Shown here in pieces: positions 47,187 through 57,957 of a DNA stretch of 64,000 nucleotides. This DNA is from an uncultured Kiloniellales bacterium (GTDB lineage Bacteria; Actinomycetota; Acidimicrobiia; Spongiisociales; UBA5794). The notes under the pieces were generated by a model that saw only the letters and a program-made list of their open reading frames with translations, ran no database searches and was not told the origin of the DNA. Position 1 is the stretch's first letter, and each line of letters starts with the position of its first letter. The translations under genes were made by a program, and so were the position numbers. The DNA lies in contig CAXMSN010000114.1 in the NCBI GenBank assembly GCA_964196275.1, positions 2,674 through 66,673 on the forward strand, read 5' to 3'.

Positions 47187-48406
47187 TTGGCCAACTCCAC
47201 GATCTTGATCGCCCCGTCCTTCATGTCCTCGGCGCTCACGACGTTGAGCCCGGACTCGTCGATGATCTGTTTCCCGAGTTCCACGTTCGTACCTTCGAGC
47301 CTCACCACCAGCGGAACGTCGAGGCCCACTTCCTCAACAGCAGCGACAACGCCTTCAGCGATCGTGTCGCACCGCATGATTCCGCCGAAGATGTTCACGA
47401 AGATGCCCTTCACGTTGGGGTCAGCGGTGATGATCTTGAACGCGGCGACGATCTGATCCTTGTCTGCGCCCCCTCCGACGTCGAGGAAGTTCGCTGGTTC
47501 GCCTCCGACGTACTTGATGATGTCCATCGTCGCCATCGCAAGCCCTGCACCGTTGACCATGCAGCCGATGGATCCATCGAGCTTGATGAACGAGAGCCCG
47601 TACTGCTTGGCATCAAGTTCGGCCGCATCCTCCTCGGATTCATCGCGGAGTGCGGTCACTTCAGGGTGCCTGAAGAGCGCGTTCTCCTCGAATGACATCT
47701 TCCCGTCGAGTGCCATGACGGTGCCGTCTGTCGTGACGACAAGTGGGTTGATCTCAACCAGATCTGCATCGAGATCAACGGTCGCTTTCGTCAGGGCCTT
47801 GAGGAACGCCGCTCCGCTGCGTGCCGAAGCTCCCTCCATTCCCAGTCCGTTGGCGATCCTTGCCGCCTGGAAGTCCCTGAGGCCAAATGCAGGATCGATC
47901 TCTTCCCTGAGGATCTTCTCTGGCGTCTCCTCAGCGACAACCTCGATCTCGGTTCCGCCCTCGGTCGATGCCATCACGATATTGCGGCTCGTCGAGCGGT
48001 CGAGCAACACCGAGAGGTACAGCTCGGTTTCGATGTCGATCCCCTGCTCGATGTACAGCCGATTGACCGTCTTGCCTTCGGCTCCCGTCTGTACCGTGAC
48101 GAGCGTGGAGCCGAGCATCTGGGATGCAAGCTCTCGCACCTTGGCTTCCGTGGCCTCGACACCACCCGACAGTCCGTCAAGCACAACGGTGACGCCGCCG
48201 AGGTCCGGGTACTCCTTGAACCGGCCCTTCCCGCGGCCACCAGCATGGATCTGCGACTTGACGACGACAACAGCGTTGCCGCTGATCTCTACGAGAGGCC
48301 TCACGGCAGCCACCGCCTCTTCGACGGTCGTTGCGACTGCACCTGCGGGCACGGGGATGCCCCGCTCTTTCATGAGCGCCTTCGCCTGATACTCGTGGAT
48401 CTTCAC
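47183..48406 (-). CDS. sucC: ADP-forming succinyl-CoA ligase subunit beta
   Basis: MKIHEYQAK start, ATP-grasp region, GGIMRCD motif. 4-nt overlap with sucD. Confidence 0.95.
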   Translation of the reverse strand: MKIHEYQAKALMKERGIPVPAGAVATTVEEAVAAVRPLVEISGNAVVVVKSQIHAGGRGKGRFKEYPDLGGVTVVLDGLSGGVEATEAKVRELASQMLGSTLVTVQTGAEGKTVNRLYIEQGIDIETELYLSVLLDRSTSRNIVMASTEGGTEIEVVAEETPEKILREEIDPAFGLRDFQAARIANGLGMEGASARSGAAFLKALTKATVDLDADLVEINPLVVTTDGTVMALDGKMSFEENALFRHPEVTALRDESEEDAAELDAKQYGLSFIKLDGSIGCMVNGAGLAMATMDIIKYVGGEPANFLDVGGGADKDQIVAAFKIITADPNVKGIFVNIFGGIMRCDTIAEGVVAAVEEVGLDVPLVVRLEGTNVELGKQIIDESGLNVVSAEDMKDGAIKIVELAK

Positions 48407-48445
48407 GTTCCCTCCTCGGGGACGGGTGGATTGTTTGGTCGTCTG

Positions 48446-48838
48446 TCAGCCGCTTGGGAACGTCTCTGCGACCCATACTTGGATCGTCTCGAGCGATGTG
48501 CCAGGGCCGAAGATCTTTACGATGCCTGCCGCCTCAAGCGCAGGCACATCCGCTTCAGGGATGATCCCTCCGCCGAACACGACGATGTCGGCAGCATCTC
48601 TCTTCTCGAGTTCTGCGACGACGCCGGGGAAGAGAGTCATGTGGGCTCCGGAGAGCGCCGACAGCCCAACGCCGTTCACATCTTCCTGAACGGCTACGTC
48701 AGCGATGTTCGCAGGTGTTTGGTGGAGTCCCGTATAGATGACCTCGCATCCTGCGTCGCGCAGAGCGCGTGCAACGACCTTCGCTCCACGGTCGTGACCG
48801 TCGAGCCCTGGTTTGGCTATGAGTATCCGAGTCGGCAT
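48446..48838 (-). CDS. stand-alone cobalamin(B12)-binding domain protein (methylmalonyl-CoA-mutase small/C-terminal subunit type)
   Basis: [31 protein letters not shown]...QEDV..VGLS.LSGAH is the DxHxxG B12-binding motif. Start set at internal Met 48838. Confidence 0.85.
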   Translation of the reverse strand: MPTRILIAKPGLDGHDRGAKVVARALRDAGCEVIYTGLHQTPANIADVAVQEDVNGVGLSALSGAHMTLFPGVVAELEKRDAADIVVFGGGIIPEADVPALEAAGIVKIFGPGTSLETIQVWVAETFPSG

Positions 48839-48886
48839 CGCTGTGATGGTAGTTACCGCCCGAATCCTGAATCGCCCGCGCCGTGA

Positions 48887-49675
48887 GTGAATAGGCTGGG
48901 GCCGATGTTGGATCTCAGCCCACTCGTCGTGCTCGCCGCTTCCTTGTCCCTTGTGGCGGTGTCGATCGGCATCTCGGTCTACCTCAAGCTCGGGTTCGAG
49001 CGACAGATCATCATCGCTTCGGTGCGCGCAACGGTCCAACTCGCCATCGTCGGGCTGTTGCTCGGTCTGCTGCTCGAGTCCCAATGGGAAGAAGCGCTCG
49101 CTGCGATCTGGATCGTCGCCATGGTGCTCATCGCTTCGTTCGTCACCGGCAGGCGGGCTGGCACACGGGCCATCGTGCCTGCCGCCGGAGCAGCGATCGG
49201 GGCAGCAACGGCGATCTCTCTCGCGATCGTGTTCGGATTCGGTGTACTACCGGCGGAGCCCATCCAACTCGTGGTCATCGCGGGGATCACGATCGGGAAC
49301 GCCCTCGCAGGCACCGTGGTTGCGGCAGATCAGGTGAAGACGCAGATCATGGACCACCGCCTCCAGATCGAAGGTCTGTTGTCGCTGGGGCTCAACGCCA
49401 AGCAGTCGGCGCGGTTCATCGTGAGGGAGGCGACGAGGGTCGCCCTTCTTCCCCAGATCGAGCGGACGAAGGTCGTCGGGCTTGTCGCGCTGCCAGGTGC
49501 GATGGCTGGACTTCTGATCGCTGGCGTGGCTCCCAGGGAGGCGGTGGTGATCCAGTTGGTGGTGATGTTCCTGGTGCTCGGAACGATGGCAGTGTCTGCG
49601 ACGGTTGTCGCTTTGGTCACCGCACGAAACTCTTTCACCCCGGATCAACGCCTCGAGCCGACGATCTTCAGCTGA
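48887..49675 (+). CDS. UPF0014/FetB-like ABC-type permease
   Basis: 262 aa, polytopic. R..VQLAIVG..L pattern. The start may be 48905. No adjacent ATPase gene. Confidence 0.6.
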   Translation: MNRLGPMLDLSPLVVLAASLSLVAVSIGISVYLKLGFERQIIIASVRATVQLAIVGLLLGLLLESQWEEALAAIWIVAMVLIASFVTGRRAGTRAIVPAAGAAIGAATAISLAIVFGFGVLPAEPIQLVVIAGITIGNALAGTVVAADQVKTQIMDHRLQIEGLLSLGLNAKQSARFIVREATRVALLPQIERTKVVGLVALPGAMAGLLIAGVAPREAVVIQLVVMFLVLGTMAVSATVVALVTARNSFTPDQRLEPTIFS

Positions 49676-49771
49676 CAACACGCCTCTCCCGATAAGTCAG
49701 TCAAGCAGGATCGCCTTCCGTCGCTCAAAATGGCTGAGAGGAGCGGGGGTTTCTTGCTGACGGGTCAGGTC

Positions 49772-51979
49772 TTACGAGACCTTCTCTAGCGGTGCCCACG
49801 CGAGAAGGAGACGTTTCACGCCGGGGCCATCGAACGCTACGACGGCTTCGGCACGGTCACCGATGCCGACGATGTCGCGCACCGTGCCCTCTCCCCAATG
49901 GGTGTGCTTGACGCGGTCACCTGGCTCGATCTCGGAGTCCGATACGGTGCTCACCGGTGATCGTGCTTCCATCGTTGCGCTTCGGCGTACGCGCTTTGCC
50001 TTCTTCACCAGATGTTCGGGGATCTCCGACAGGAACCGGCTCGGGCCGTTGAAGTTGTTCTGGCCCCAGAGATTCCGACTCCACGCACGGGTGAGATACA
50101 GATTCTCCTCGGCCCTCGTCAGGCCGACGTAGCAAAGTCTCCGCTCCTCCTCGAGTTCCTTGGGATCGCCGAGGGCGCGCATGTGCGGGAACACGCCGTC
50201 CTCGAGGCCCGTAAGGAACACCACGGGATACTCAAGGCCTTTTGCGTTGTGGAGTGTCATCAGCGTCACAGCGTCGTCCGATGTCCTCGAATCGGCGTCT
50301 GCCACAAGGCTGATCGCCTCAAGGAACATCTCGAGCTTCCCGGTGCCGTCGAGGGCGTTCCAATCACTGGGACCCATCGATGCTGGCCCGGTCTCCTCGA
50401 ACTCGCCAGCAGCAGTCAACAGTTCCTTGAGGTTCTCTTCCCTGCCCATCGCTTCGATCGACCGCTCCGCACGGATCATGTCCATGTACCCGGTGTCGTT
50501 CAGGACCGAGTCGACGGCAGCGGCAGGACCGAGCGCGGCCTTGGTGGCGATCACGTCTGTCAGCGCGACGAACTCAAGGATCGACTTCTGGGCCCGGGGT
50601 GTGAGTTGGTCGATCTCATCGGCCCTCCGAAGCGCATCGGCGAACCCGATGCCGTTGTTCTGTGCGAAACGGTCGACATGGGCGACGCTCGTATCACCGA
50701 TCTTCCGGCTGGGTACGTTGATGATCCGCTTCACCGCAACCTGATCGTCAGGGTTCACGACGGCTCGCATATAGGCGAGAGCATCCTTGACCTCTTTGCG
50801 GTCGTAGTACTTGAGCCCACCGACAACTTGATAGTGCGTGCCGAAACGGACGAAGAGTTCCTCGATCACTCTCGACTGAGCATTGGTCCGATAGAACACA
50901 GCGACGTCGCTGAGACGCTTCCCATCGTCCTCCAGCCTGGCGATCTCCTCTGCGATGTACGCAGCCTCCTCGTGCTCATCCTCACCCTCGAAGAGGACGA
51001 TCTGCTCACCGGCTCCCTCGTCGGTCCAGAGCTTCTTCGGTTGCCGTTCCGTGTTGTTGACGATCACGGAGTTCGCCGCGTCGAGGATCGTCTGCGTTGA
51101 CCGATAGTTCTGCTCGAGCAGGATCAGCCTCGCATCCGGATAGTCCTTCTCGAAGGCCATGATGTTCCGCATATCGGCACCTCGGAACGCATAGATCGAC
51201 TGATCCGAGTCTCCGACGACACAGACGTTCTTGTGCCTGTCCGCAAGGAGCTTCACGAGCATGTACTGGGCGTGGTTCGTGTCCTGGTACTCGTCAACGA
51301 GGATGTACCGGAACTGCGTCTGCCACCGATCGAGAACCGCAGGGAAAGCCTGGAGCAGCTCGACGGTGAGGGTCAGGATGTCATCGAAGTCGACCGCCGA
51401 AGCCTCAACCAGACGCTGCTGGTAGAGGCGGTACACGTCGGCGACTTGCTCGTGGTAGTAGCCATCGCCTCCTGCAGCGAAGGACTCGTAATCGATGAGC
51501 TCGTTCTTGGCCTTCGAGATCGTTCCCTTGATCTGTCTCGGTGGGAAACGCTTCGTGTCCATATCGAGGTCCTTCATCACCATCGTGATAAGCCGTGTCG
51601 AATCGGCATCGTCGTAGATCGAGAACGAACCGCGATACCCGAGGCGATGGATCTCCTGTCGGAGGATCCGGACGCACGACGAGTGGAAGGTGGACACCCA
51701 CATGCTGCGTGCAACACCACCGACGAGTTGCCCAACACGCTCCTTCATCTCGCCCGCAGCCTTGTTTGTGAACGTGATGGCGAGAATGTCGTACGGAGAG
51801 ACACCAAGGTCGCGGATGAGGTGTGCGATCCGGTACGTCAGCACCCGCGTTTTACCAGATCCGGCGCCCGCGATCACCAGAACTGGCCCTTCGGTGGCGG
51901 CAACGGCCTCGCGTTGAGTCGGATTAAGGTGCTCAAAGAGCGGGGATTCGGTCACCCAATCGAGTGTACCGAACAGCAC
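49772..51979 (-). CDS. pcrA: ATP-dependent DNA helicase PcrA/UvrD (SF1)
   Basis: LNPTQREAV, AGAGSGKT (Walker A), VDEYQDTN, and TLHNAKGLE/VGLTRA motifs. The start may be GTG 51955 instead of 51979. Confidence 0.9.
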   Translation of the reverse strand: MLFGTLDWVTESPLFEHLNPTQREAVAATEGPVLVIAGAGSGKTRVLTYRIAHLIRDLGVSPYDILAITFTNKAAGEMKERVGQLVGGVARSMWVSTFHSSCVRILRQEIHRLGYRGSFSIYDDADSTRLITMVMKDLDMDTKRFPPRQIKGTISKAKNELIDYESFAAGGDGYYHEQVADVYRLYQQRLVEASAVDFDDILTLTVELLQAFPAVLDRWQTQFRYILVDEYQDTNHAQYMLVKLLADRHKNVCVVGDSDQSIYAFRGADMRNIMAFEKDYPDARLILLEQNYRSTQTILDAANSVIVNNTERQPKKLWTDEGAGEQIVLFEGEDEHEEAAYIAEEIARLEDDGKRLSDVAVFYRTNAQSRVIEELFVRFGTHYQVVGGLKYYDRKEVKDALAYMRAVVNPDDQVAVKRIINVPSRKIGDTSVAHVDRFAQNNGIGFADALRRADEIDQLTPRAQKSILEFVALTDVIATKAALGPAAAVDSVLNDTGYMDMIRAERSIEAMGREENLKELLTAAGEFEETGPASMGPSDWNALDGTGKLEMFLEAISLVADADSRTSDDAVTLMTLHNAKGLEYPVVFLTGLEDGVFPHMRALGDPKELEEERRLCYVGLTRAEENLYLTRAWSRNLWGQNNFNGPSRFLSEIPEHLVKKAKRVRRSATMEARSPVSTVSDSEIEPGDRVKHTHWGEGTVRDIVGIGDRAEAVVAFDGPGVKRLLLAWAPLEKVS

Positions 51980-51980
51980 G

Positions 51981-51994
51981 GACCACGGACCACG
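51981..51994. repeat. heptamer array GACCACG x2
   Basis: gaccacggaccacg, between the Rieske stop and the pcrA start. Confidence 0.6.
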
Positions 51995-52015
51995 GGGTCG
52001 GGAAAGGCCGCTGAT

Positions 52016-52366
52016 CTACTCCACGTAGAGGGTGCCGTCGCGTTCGACTACCTGGCCACGTCCAAGCGGTAACACCAAGGTCAGAGCCTTGACCGCCATA
52101 CCAAGCCCCGGGATCTTGGCGAAAATACCCTGGGGTCCACGCGTCATCCGGCCCGTTCGTGTGTCGTACTTCGCACCGTGCCATGGGCACACCAGGCACG
52201 CGTCCTCGTCAATACTGCCGCTCGCGAGGTCCGCATAGAGGTGACGGCATCGCCGCGTGACCGCGAACAACTCGTCGTCCGCGTTGCCGACAGCAAACTG
52301 TCCGGCTCCCTTCACCGTTCCCGGAGTCAACTCGGACGCTGACCCAACTTCGACTTCCTTGGACAT
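52016..52366 (-). CDS. Rieske [2Fe-2S] domain protein
   Basis: The pair CRHL...(n)...CPWHGAKYD forms the Rieske CxH...CxxH motif. Confidence 0.8.
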   Translation of the reverse strand: MSKEVEVGSASELTPGTVKGAGQFAVGNADDELFAVTRRCRHLYADLASGSIDEDACLVCPWHGAKYDTRTGRMTRGPQGIFAKIPGLGMAVKALTLVLPLGRGQVVERDGTLYVE

Positions 52367-52436
52367 CCGCTCCCGCTTTCTCTAGCTGATGTTCGGGTAC
52401 GAGATGAGCCTACGCCACGGCGTGGAGCCGCGTTCC

Positions 52437-55064
52437 TCATGTTCGTTTCTGGAAGCAATCCGGCCAGAAACCCAAGGTCAGGCATGACAGAGAGCGCAGA
52501 GCTTCGCGGCGGCAACGGAGTACAGCAAGCCGGCCAGCCTCGGCCGGACGTGACCCGTTCGCCCAACACCCTCCAGGCTCGCTACGCTCGCCCGTCCTCC
52601 CTCTCAGGGAGAACAGATCGCCGGACCACTTCGTCCGCTTCCGGTCTGTGGTCTGTGGTCTGTTGTCTTCCGCTTCGATCAGGTCTCTCAGGGTCTCCAC
52701 CAATGCTCCCTTGGCAAAATCAGACTTGTCGAAGAAGGCGTTGGCGCCAGCACGCTCGGCACGTTCGCGGTCCGCGTCGGATGCCACGCCAGAGAGCATG
52801 ACGATTGGGATCTTCCCGTATCGCTGCCGCACCATGTGGACGAGCGCAACGCCATCAGCGCGCGGCATCGAGAAGTCGACGACCAGTGCGTCGGCTTCGA
52901 AATCTCCGAGCAGGCCCAGAGCCTCTGCAACGCTTCCTGCCGACATCGTCGCGAATCCGTGCGATGCAAGCACGCCAGAAACCACTTGCCGCACACCTTG
53001 GGAATCATCAACGACCAGAACCGTGTGCACGGCTGCAGAACCTCTGCCGTCATCGCCTCGCAGGTTCTCGGCCAGCCTGCTCGCGTTCACGAGAAGAACG
53101 GTGTCATCACCACCGAGCAGGGCAACACCCGAGACGACCGAAGCACCAGAGAGAAGCGGTCCGAGGTCTTTCGTCGCGACTTCATGAACGTCCAGAACCT
53201 TGTCAACCGAGAGGGCGATCGTCCCGGTCTGGCTCTGGATCACCATCACCTCTGACGGGAGTCCCTCGATCTCAAGCCCTGCCACCGTCGCGAACGAAGC
53301 GTACGGGATCGATTCTCCGCCATGGCTGATCGTGCTGCCCCGGCCGGAAACTTCGATCTCTACATCGCGGACCGAGAGGACCTCCGTAACCGCCGATTGT
53401 GGAATGCCCCATGACCGCCCTCCTGCCAGGAACAACCTGGCAGGCTGTAACGCCCTGTGAGCAGGCAGCGTCACCGTGAAGGCGGTTCCGTCGGATGACG
53501 TTGCCATCGTGATCGTGCCGTACGCCTCCTCGACCGCTCTCGTAACTGCGGCGAGCCCGTCGCCGTCCCGAACGAATTCGGACGATCGAGGGTTTGTCGA
53601 GAAACCAGGAGAGAAGAGAACTGACCTGAGGTCCTCCGACGAAGGGTCGCCCTCAAGCATCTGGGTCCCGACTGCGGTCTCACGCACAGCAGTCCAATCG
53701 ATCCCACCCCCATCGTCAGTGACAACCAGCGTGATGTGCTGGTCGTCCTTACCCATCGCGACGGAGACAGTCCCTGTCGATGGCTTGCCACCGCTGGCTC
53801 GTTCAGCGGGTGCCTCGATACCGTGAACCACTGCGTTGACGATGAGCTGCCGGATGATCTCTCCGATCCGATCGACCAGCTGACGGTCGACGATCGTTTC
53901 TTGACCTTCGACAACGAGTTCGACGGACTTCTCCGTCTTCTTCGACACGTACTTCAGCAGTTGCGGCAGCGTTGCAGCGAATCCGTCCAGGGAGACCATC
54001 GTGAGATTGAGTGCGTTCTCTTGCAGGTCTACGGCTGCCCTACGCACGGTCTCAAGTGACTCTATGGCGCTGTCAACGGCCGGAACCGTCTGCGAGCCAC
54101 CCGATCGCAGCACCTGCAGGGCGAGACTCGTGACAGACTCGACATCGATACGAAGCGCTGCGACATCGTTGATCAGCCTGAACAGGCGCCCTGCGTTTAC
54201 GGGAACCGACTCTTCCGCCGCCCATGTCTCCACGACCCCTACGAGTCCGCCGAGTCCGGATGGCGGGACCGCATCAGGGTCGAGAACGGACCTCTGCGGC
54301 TCAAGGTACGAAAGGTCGACACTCAGTTCACTTCGGGCGGTCGCGGTCGGCTCATCGGGCTGTGGACGATGAGTCGACACCGCGGCCGCCTCAGTTCCGC
54401 CTGCGAAGGCAGATCTGATGATCTCTGGGGTAACGACATTCGAGGACAGCTTTCCGTCGGCATCGGGTTCGAACACGAGGGGATCCGCAGCGACGACATC
54501 GGAGCCGCCTTCGTCGGCATCTGATGCGGAGGCCACATCCTCGGTAGGTGCGACGGCAGGAGAGGTATCGGGCGCACCGTCCTCGTCACTGGCGGGGTCC
54601 TGTGACACACTGGGCTCTGCGGTTTCTTCGGCAGGGGACGGGTCGTCTGGTTCGTCTTCATCAATCGGCTCAGGCAGCTCCTTAACCATCGATGGATCTG
54701 CGATGAGCGTTCGCAGCGTGTCGATCGCCCCTGACACAGCGACCGCCGAGCCTCCGATTGCATCAGGCAGAGCGTCCGCGAGATGGGTAAGTGCCCTGCC
54801 CAGAAGTGGTGTCGGTGCAAGGTCACCATGCTGGATCCAGCGCCAGATCACCTCACAGGCCTCTCCACCCCTGGCGATGAGCTCGTGGCCCATGACACGT
54901 CCTGTGCCCTTGATCGTGTGGCCCTCACGCACCATCGTGCTTGCCAGTTCAGGGGTGACCGTGCCTTCGATGATCGAAGACGCGCCCGTTCGGAGACTCT
55001 CCGCACGTTCGGTCAGTTCCTCACGGAAGAGGGTGTCGAGATCTGGATTGTTTGTCACAGCCAT
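52437..55064 (-). CDS. CheA-like hybrid histidine kinase (Hpt - acidic linker - HATPase - CheW-like - receiver)
   Basis: Hpt HTIKGTG. ATPase N/G boxes (NAVVHGIE, DDGGGID). CheW-like segment. Receiver VLVVDDS...DFSMPRADG...K. The last ~80 codons are encoded by repeat DNA (see findings). Confidence 0.8.
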   Translation of the reverse strand: MAVTNNPDLDTLFREELTERAESLRTGASSIIEGTVTPELASTMVREGHTIKGTGRVMGHELIARGGEACEVIWRWIQHGDLAPTPLLGRALTHLADALPDAIGGSAVAVSGAIDTLRTLIADPSMVKELPEPIDEDEPDDPSPAEETAEPSVSQDPASDEDGAPDTSPAVAPTEDVASASDADEGGSDVVAADPLVFEPDADGKLSSNVVTPEIIRSAFAGGTEAAAVSTHRPQPDEPTATARSELSVDLSYLEPQRSVLDPDAVPPSGLGGLVGVVETWAAEESVPVNAGRLFRLINDVAALRIDVESVTSLALQVLRSGGSQTVPAVDSAIESLETVRRAAVDLQENALNLTMVSLDGFAATLPQLLKYVSKKTEKSVELVVEGQETIVDRQLVDRIGEIIRQLIVNAVVHGIEAPAERASGGKPSTGTVSVAMGKDDQHITLVVTDDGGGIDWTAVRETAVGTQMLEGDPSSEDLRSVLFSPGFSTNPRSSEFVRDGDGLAAVTRAVEEAYGTITMATSSDGTAFTVTLPAHRALQPARLFLAGGRSWGIPQSAVTEVLSVRDVEIEVSGRGSTISHGGESIPYASFATVAGLEIEGLPSEVMVIQSQTGTIALSVDKVLDVHEVATKDLGPLLSGASVVSGVALLGGDDTVLLVNASRLAENLRGDDGRGSAAVHTVLVVDDSQGVRQVVSGVLASHGFATMSAGSVAEALGLLGDFEADALVVDFSMPRADGVALVHMVRQRYGKIPIVMLSGVASDADRERAERAGANAFFDKSDFAKGALVETLRDLIEAEDNRPQTTDRKRTKWSGDLFSLRGRTGERSEPGGCWANGSRPAEAGRLAVLRCRREALRSLSCLTLGFWPDCFQKRT
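52568..52614 (+). repeat. REP-like hairpin element, copy 7 (forward, decayed stem), inside the 3' tail of the CheA-like ORF
   Basis: ACCCTCCAGGCTCGCTACGCTCGCCCGTCCTCCCTCTCAGGGAGAAC. Confidence 0.75.
52643..52670. repeat. heptamer array GGTCTGT x4
   Basis: ggtctgt ggtctgt ggtctgt tgtcttc. Lies where the receiver domain of the CheA-like ORF ends. Confidence 0.85.
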
Positions 55065-55161
55065 GTGTACAAGCGATCGGTTCGAGTGCCTACCCAACCG
55101 ATATCGGACGACGCGGCAAAGGTCTTAAGGACTATGACTAGTCACTGTCCGGTTTTCTGAC

Positions 55162-56730
55162 CTACTCCCACTCGATCGTGGCTGGAGGTTTCGATGAGAT
55201 GTCGTATGCGACCCGGTTGATCCCCGGAACCTCGTTGATGACACGAGATGAGATCCGTGCCAGCAGGTCGTACGGGAGACGTGCCCAGTCGGCCGTCATC
55301 GCATCGTCAGAGGTCACTGCCCGCAGGATCAAGGGATACGCGTATGTTCTTCCATCACCCTGCACCCCAACGCTCTTTATCGCTGGCAGCACGCCGAACG
55401 ACTGCCAGATGTCGTCGTACAAACCGGCGGCCCGGATCTCTTCAAGTACGATCACATCCGCAGCTCTGAGGATGTCGAGACGCTCCTTGGTGATGTCCCC
55501 GATGATGCGCACTGCGAGGCCTGGGCCCGGGAACGGCTGACGCCATACGATTTCGTTCGGCAGCCCGAGTTCCTCCCCGACACTACGAACCTCATCCTTG
55601 AAGAGATCTCTCAGCGGTTCGACGAGATCGAATTGCATGTCGTCCGGAAGCCCGCCGACATTGTGGTGGCTCTTGATCTTTGCAGCGGACTCAGTCCCGG
55701 ACTCGATGACGTCTGGATACAGCGTTCCTTGGACGAGGAAATCGGCGTTCTCGATGCCCTCTGCGACCTCCTCGAAGACCCGGATGAAGGTCTCTCCGAT
55801 GATCTTTCGCTTCTCCTCAGGGTCTGTGACACCCGCAAGAGCATCGAGGAATCGATCTTCAGCCTTCACGTGGATCAGATTCATCTTGAAGTGATCTCTG
55901 AACGTCTCCTCGACCTGCTCCCCTTCGCCGAGACGCATCAGACCGTGATCGACGAACACGCATACCAGTTGCTCGCCGATCGCCTGATGGACGATCGCTG
56001 CGGCGACCGACGAGTCGACGCCGCCCGACAGTCCGCATATCGCGATGCTGTCGCCGACAGCCTCGCGGATCGAGGCGACGGACTCATGGATGATGCTGTC
56101 GTTCGTCCAGTCGGCCCGGGCCTCACAGGCGACGTGGAGGAAGTGCTCGAGTACTTCCTGGCCATGATCCGTGTGGTTGACCTCGGGGTGGAACTGGACA
56201 CCGAACATCTTCCGGTCAACATCCTCCATTGCGGCTACCGCGGCGTCCGGTGTCGATGCCGTTACCGCAAAGCCGTCGGGTGCAACCGTCACGGCATCGT
56301 TGTGGCTCATCCAGACCGTCTGCGTGGCAGGCAACCCAGCGAACAGAAGGCGCTCGTCGCTCACCGTGAGGCTCGCAGGCCCGAACTCGGAAGCTCCCGT
56401 TGACCCGACCGTTCCGCCGAGCGATTGGGCGAGGAGTTGGTGGCCGTAACAGATGCCGAGGACCGGGATTCCTAGTTCGAAGATTTCAGGATCGACGTCG
56501 TAGAAGTCGTCTTCATGCACGGAGGCGGGACCACCGGACAAGATGATCCCGACAGGCGCATGTTCCATGACCTGGGTAGCGGTGATCTCACGGGACACGA
56601 TCTCGGAGAACACATGGGCTTCTCGCACCCGGCGTGCGATCAGCTGTGCATATTGCGCTCCGAAATCGACAACGAGGACCTTGTCGAAGTCCCCTTTCGA
56701 CGCCTGACCTGTAACGGATCGCTCCGCCAT
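55162..56730 (-). CDS. guaA: glutamine-hydrolysing GMP synthase
   Basis: GATase (ICYGHQLL), ATP-PPase SGGVDSS, and a C-terminal PPATIEWE. The ATG overlaps the guaB3 stop (ATGA). Confidence 0.95.
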   Translation of the reverse strand: MAERSVTGQASKGDFDKVLVVDFGAQYAQLIARRVREAHVFSEIVSREITATQVMEHAPVGIILSGGPASVHEDDFYDVDPEIFELGIPVLGICYGHQLLAQSLGGTVGSTGASEFGPASLTVSDERLLFAGLPATQTVWMSHNDAVTVAPDGFAVTASTPDAAVAAMEDVDRKMFGVQFHPEVNHTDHGQEVLEHFLHVACEARADWTNDSIIHESVASIREAVGDSIAICGLSGGVDSSVAAAIVHQAIGEQLVCVFVDHGLMRLGEGEQVEETFRDHFKMNLIHVKAEDRFLDALAGVTDPEEKRKIIGETFIRVFEEVAEGIENADFLVQGTLYPDVIESGTESAAKIKSHHNVGGLPDDMQFDLVEPLRDLFKDEVRSVGEELGLPNEIVWRQPFPGPGLAVRIIGDITKERLDILRAADVIVLEEIRAAGLYDDIWQSFGVLPAIKSVGVQGDGRTYAYPLILRAVTSDDAMTADWARLPYDLLARISSRVINEVPGINRVAYDISSKPPATIEWE

Positions 56731-57887
56731 CAGCCCATCCCCACGCCCTGGGACCGTTGAAGCTGTTTGCCCTCTGTCTGGAGCGCCGGCGCCACCATGA
56801 CTTCTGCCTTCTGGAATTCCTTGACCGTTTCGTAGCCCGTGGTGGCCATCGAGTGTCTCAGGCCGCCAAAGAGGTTGCGGCGACCATCGTTCTCGTGTGC
56901 AGGGCCGAGAAGGATCTCCTCGAGCGGACCGAGAGTCCCGGTCCGAACCCGCGATCCTCTGGGAAGCGTCGGATGGAAGGTGGCCATACCCCAGTGGTAG
57001 CCCCCAGAAGGCGACTCTGAGCTCGCTGCGATCGGAGATCCGAGCATGACAGCGTCTGCGCCACATGCGATCGCCTTCGATATATCTCCGCCGGTTCGCA
57101 TGCCACCGTCTGCGATGACATGAACGTACCTGCCCGTCTCTTCGAGATAGGACGTTCGAGCACCCGCCGCGTCCGCGATCGCTGTCGCCTGCGGCACTCC
57201 GATGCCGAGCACACCTCGGGTCGTACACGCCGCTCCGGGGCCGACACCCACGAGTACGCCAACGGCCCCTGTGCGCATGAGGTGCAACGCTCCCGAGTAG
57301 GAGGCACATCCACCGACGATCACCGGCATCTCCACGTCTCGGATGAACGTGAACAGATCGAGAGGCTCGACGCGTGACGAAACGTGCTCCGCCGACACAA
57401 CAGTGCCCTGGATCACGAGCACATCGAGACCGCCAGCTTTGGCGTAATCGATGTACTTGGCGACGGTTGGAGGCGTAAGGCTGCCACAGGCAAGCACGCC
57501 GGCTTCCTTGATCTCCGCCACCCGCTGAGTTATGAGCTCCGGGATCACAGGAGCGTCGTACAGCTCCTGCATCCGTCTCGTTGCCTTCTCGTCGGACAGG
57601 TCGGCGATCTCGTTGTACACGGGAATCGGGTCCTCGTACCGGGTCCAAAGACCTTCAAGGTTGAGTGTGGCGAGGCCACCGAGTCGACCTATTTCGATCG
57701 CTGTCGTCGGAGTGACGGCTGAGTCCATGCCTGACGCCATCATCGGTAGGTCGAGCTTGAACGCATCGATCTCCCACGAAAGATCAACGTCCTCTGGGTC
57801 TCTTGTACGGCGTGACGGGACGATCGCTATGTCGTCGAACCCCCACGCACGGCGACCCGATTTTGCGATGCCGATCTCAATCTCCAC
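56730..57887 (-). CDS. guaB3: GuaB3-type IMP-dehydrogenase-related protein
   Basis: GTG start after [15 protein letters not shown]..., [17 protein letters not shown]... pattern without a CBS insert, as in actinobacterial GuaB3. Confidence 0.85.
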   Translation of the reverse strand: MEIEIGIAKSGRRAWGFDDIAIVPSRRTRDPEDVDLSWEIDAFKLDLPMMASGMDSAVTPTTAIEIGRLGGLATLNLEGLWTRYEDPIPVYNEIADLSDEKATRRMQELYDAPVIPELITQRVAEIKEAGVLACGSLTPPTVAKYIDYAKAGGLDVLVIQGTVVSAEHVSSRVEPLDLFTFIRDVEMPVIVGGCASYSGALHLMRTGAVGVLVGVGPGAACTTRGVLGIGVPQATAIADAAGARTSYLEETGRYVHVIADGGMRTGGDISKAIACGADAVMLGSPIAASSESPSGGYHWGMATFHPTLPRGSRVRTGTLGPLEEILLGPAHENDGRRNLFGGLRHSMATTGYETVKEFQKAEVMVAPALQTEGKQLQRSQGVGMG

Positions 57888-57957
57888 GTCAGAACCTCTC
57901 TTTGGCGCCAGCGACAGCGGTTGACGGCATCGTACTAGTGACCACGTTTCACGCGGT

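Noticed and set aside
55162-57648. 828-aa ORF in the track, suggesting a giant GuaA fusion protein
   Set aside because: Only the C-terminal 522 aa (from Met at 56730) are GMP synthase. The N-terminal ~305 aa are an Arg/Gly/Asp-rich alternative-frame read-through across the guaB3 gene (56730-57887), which has clear IMPDH-family motifs. This is a typical high-GC artefact.
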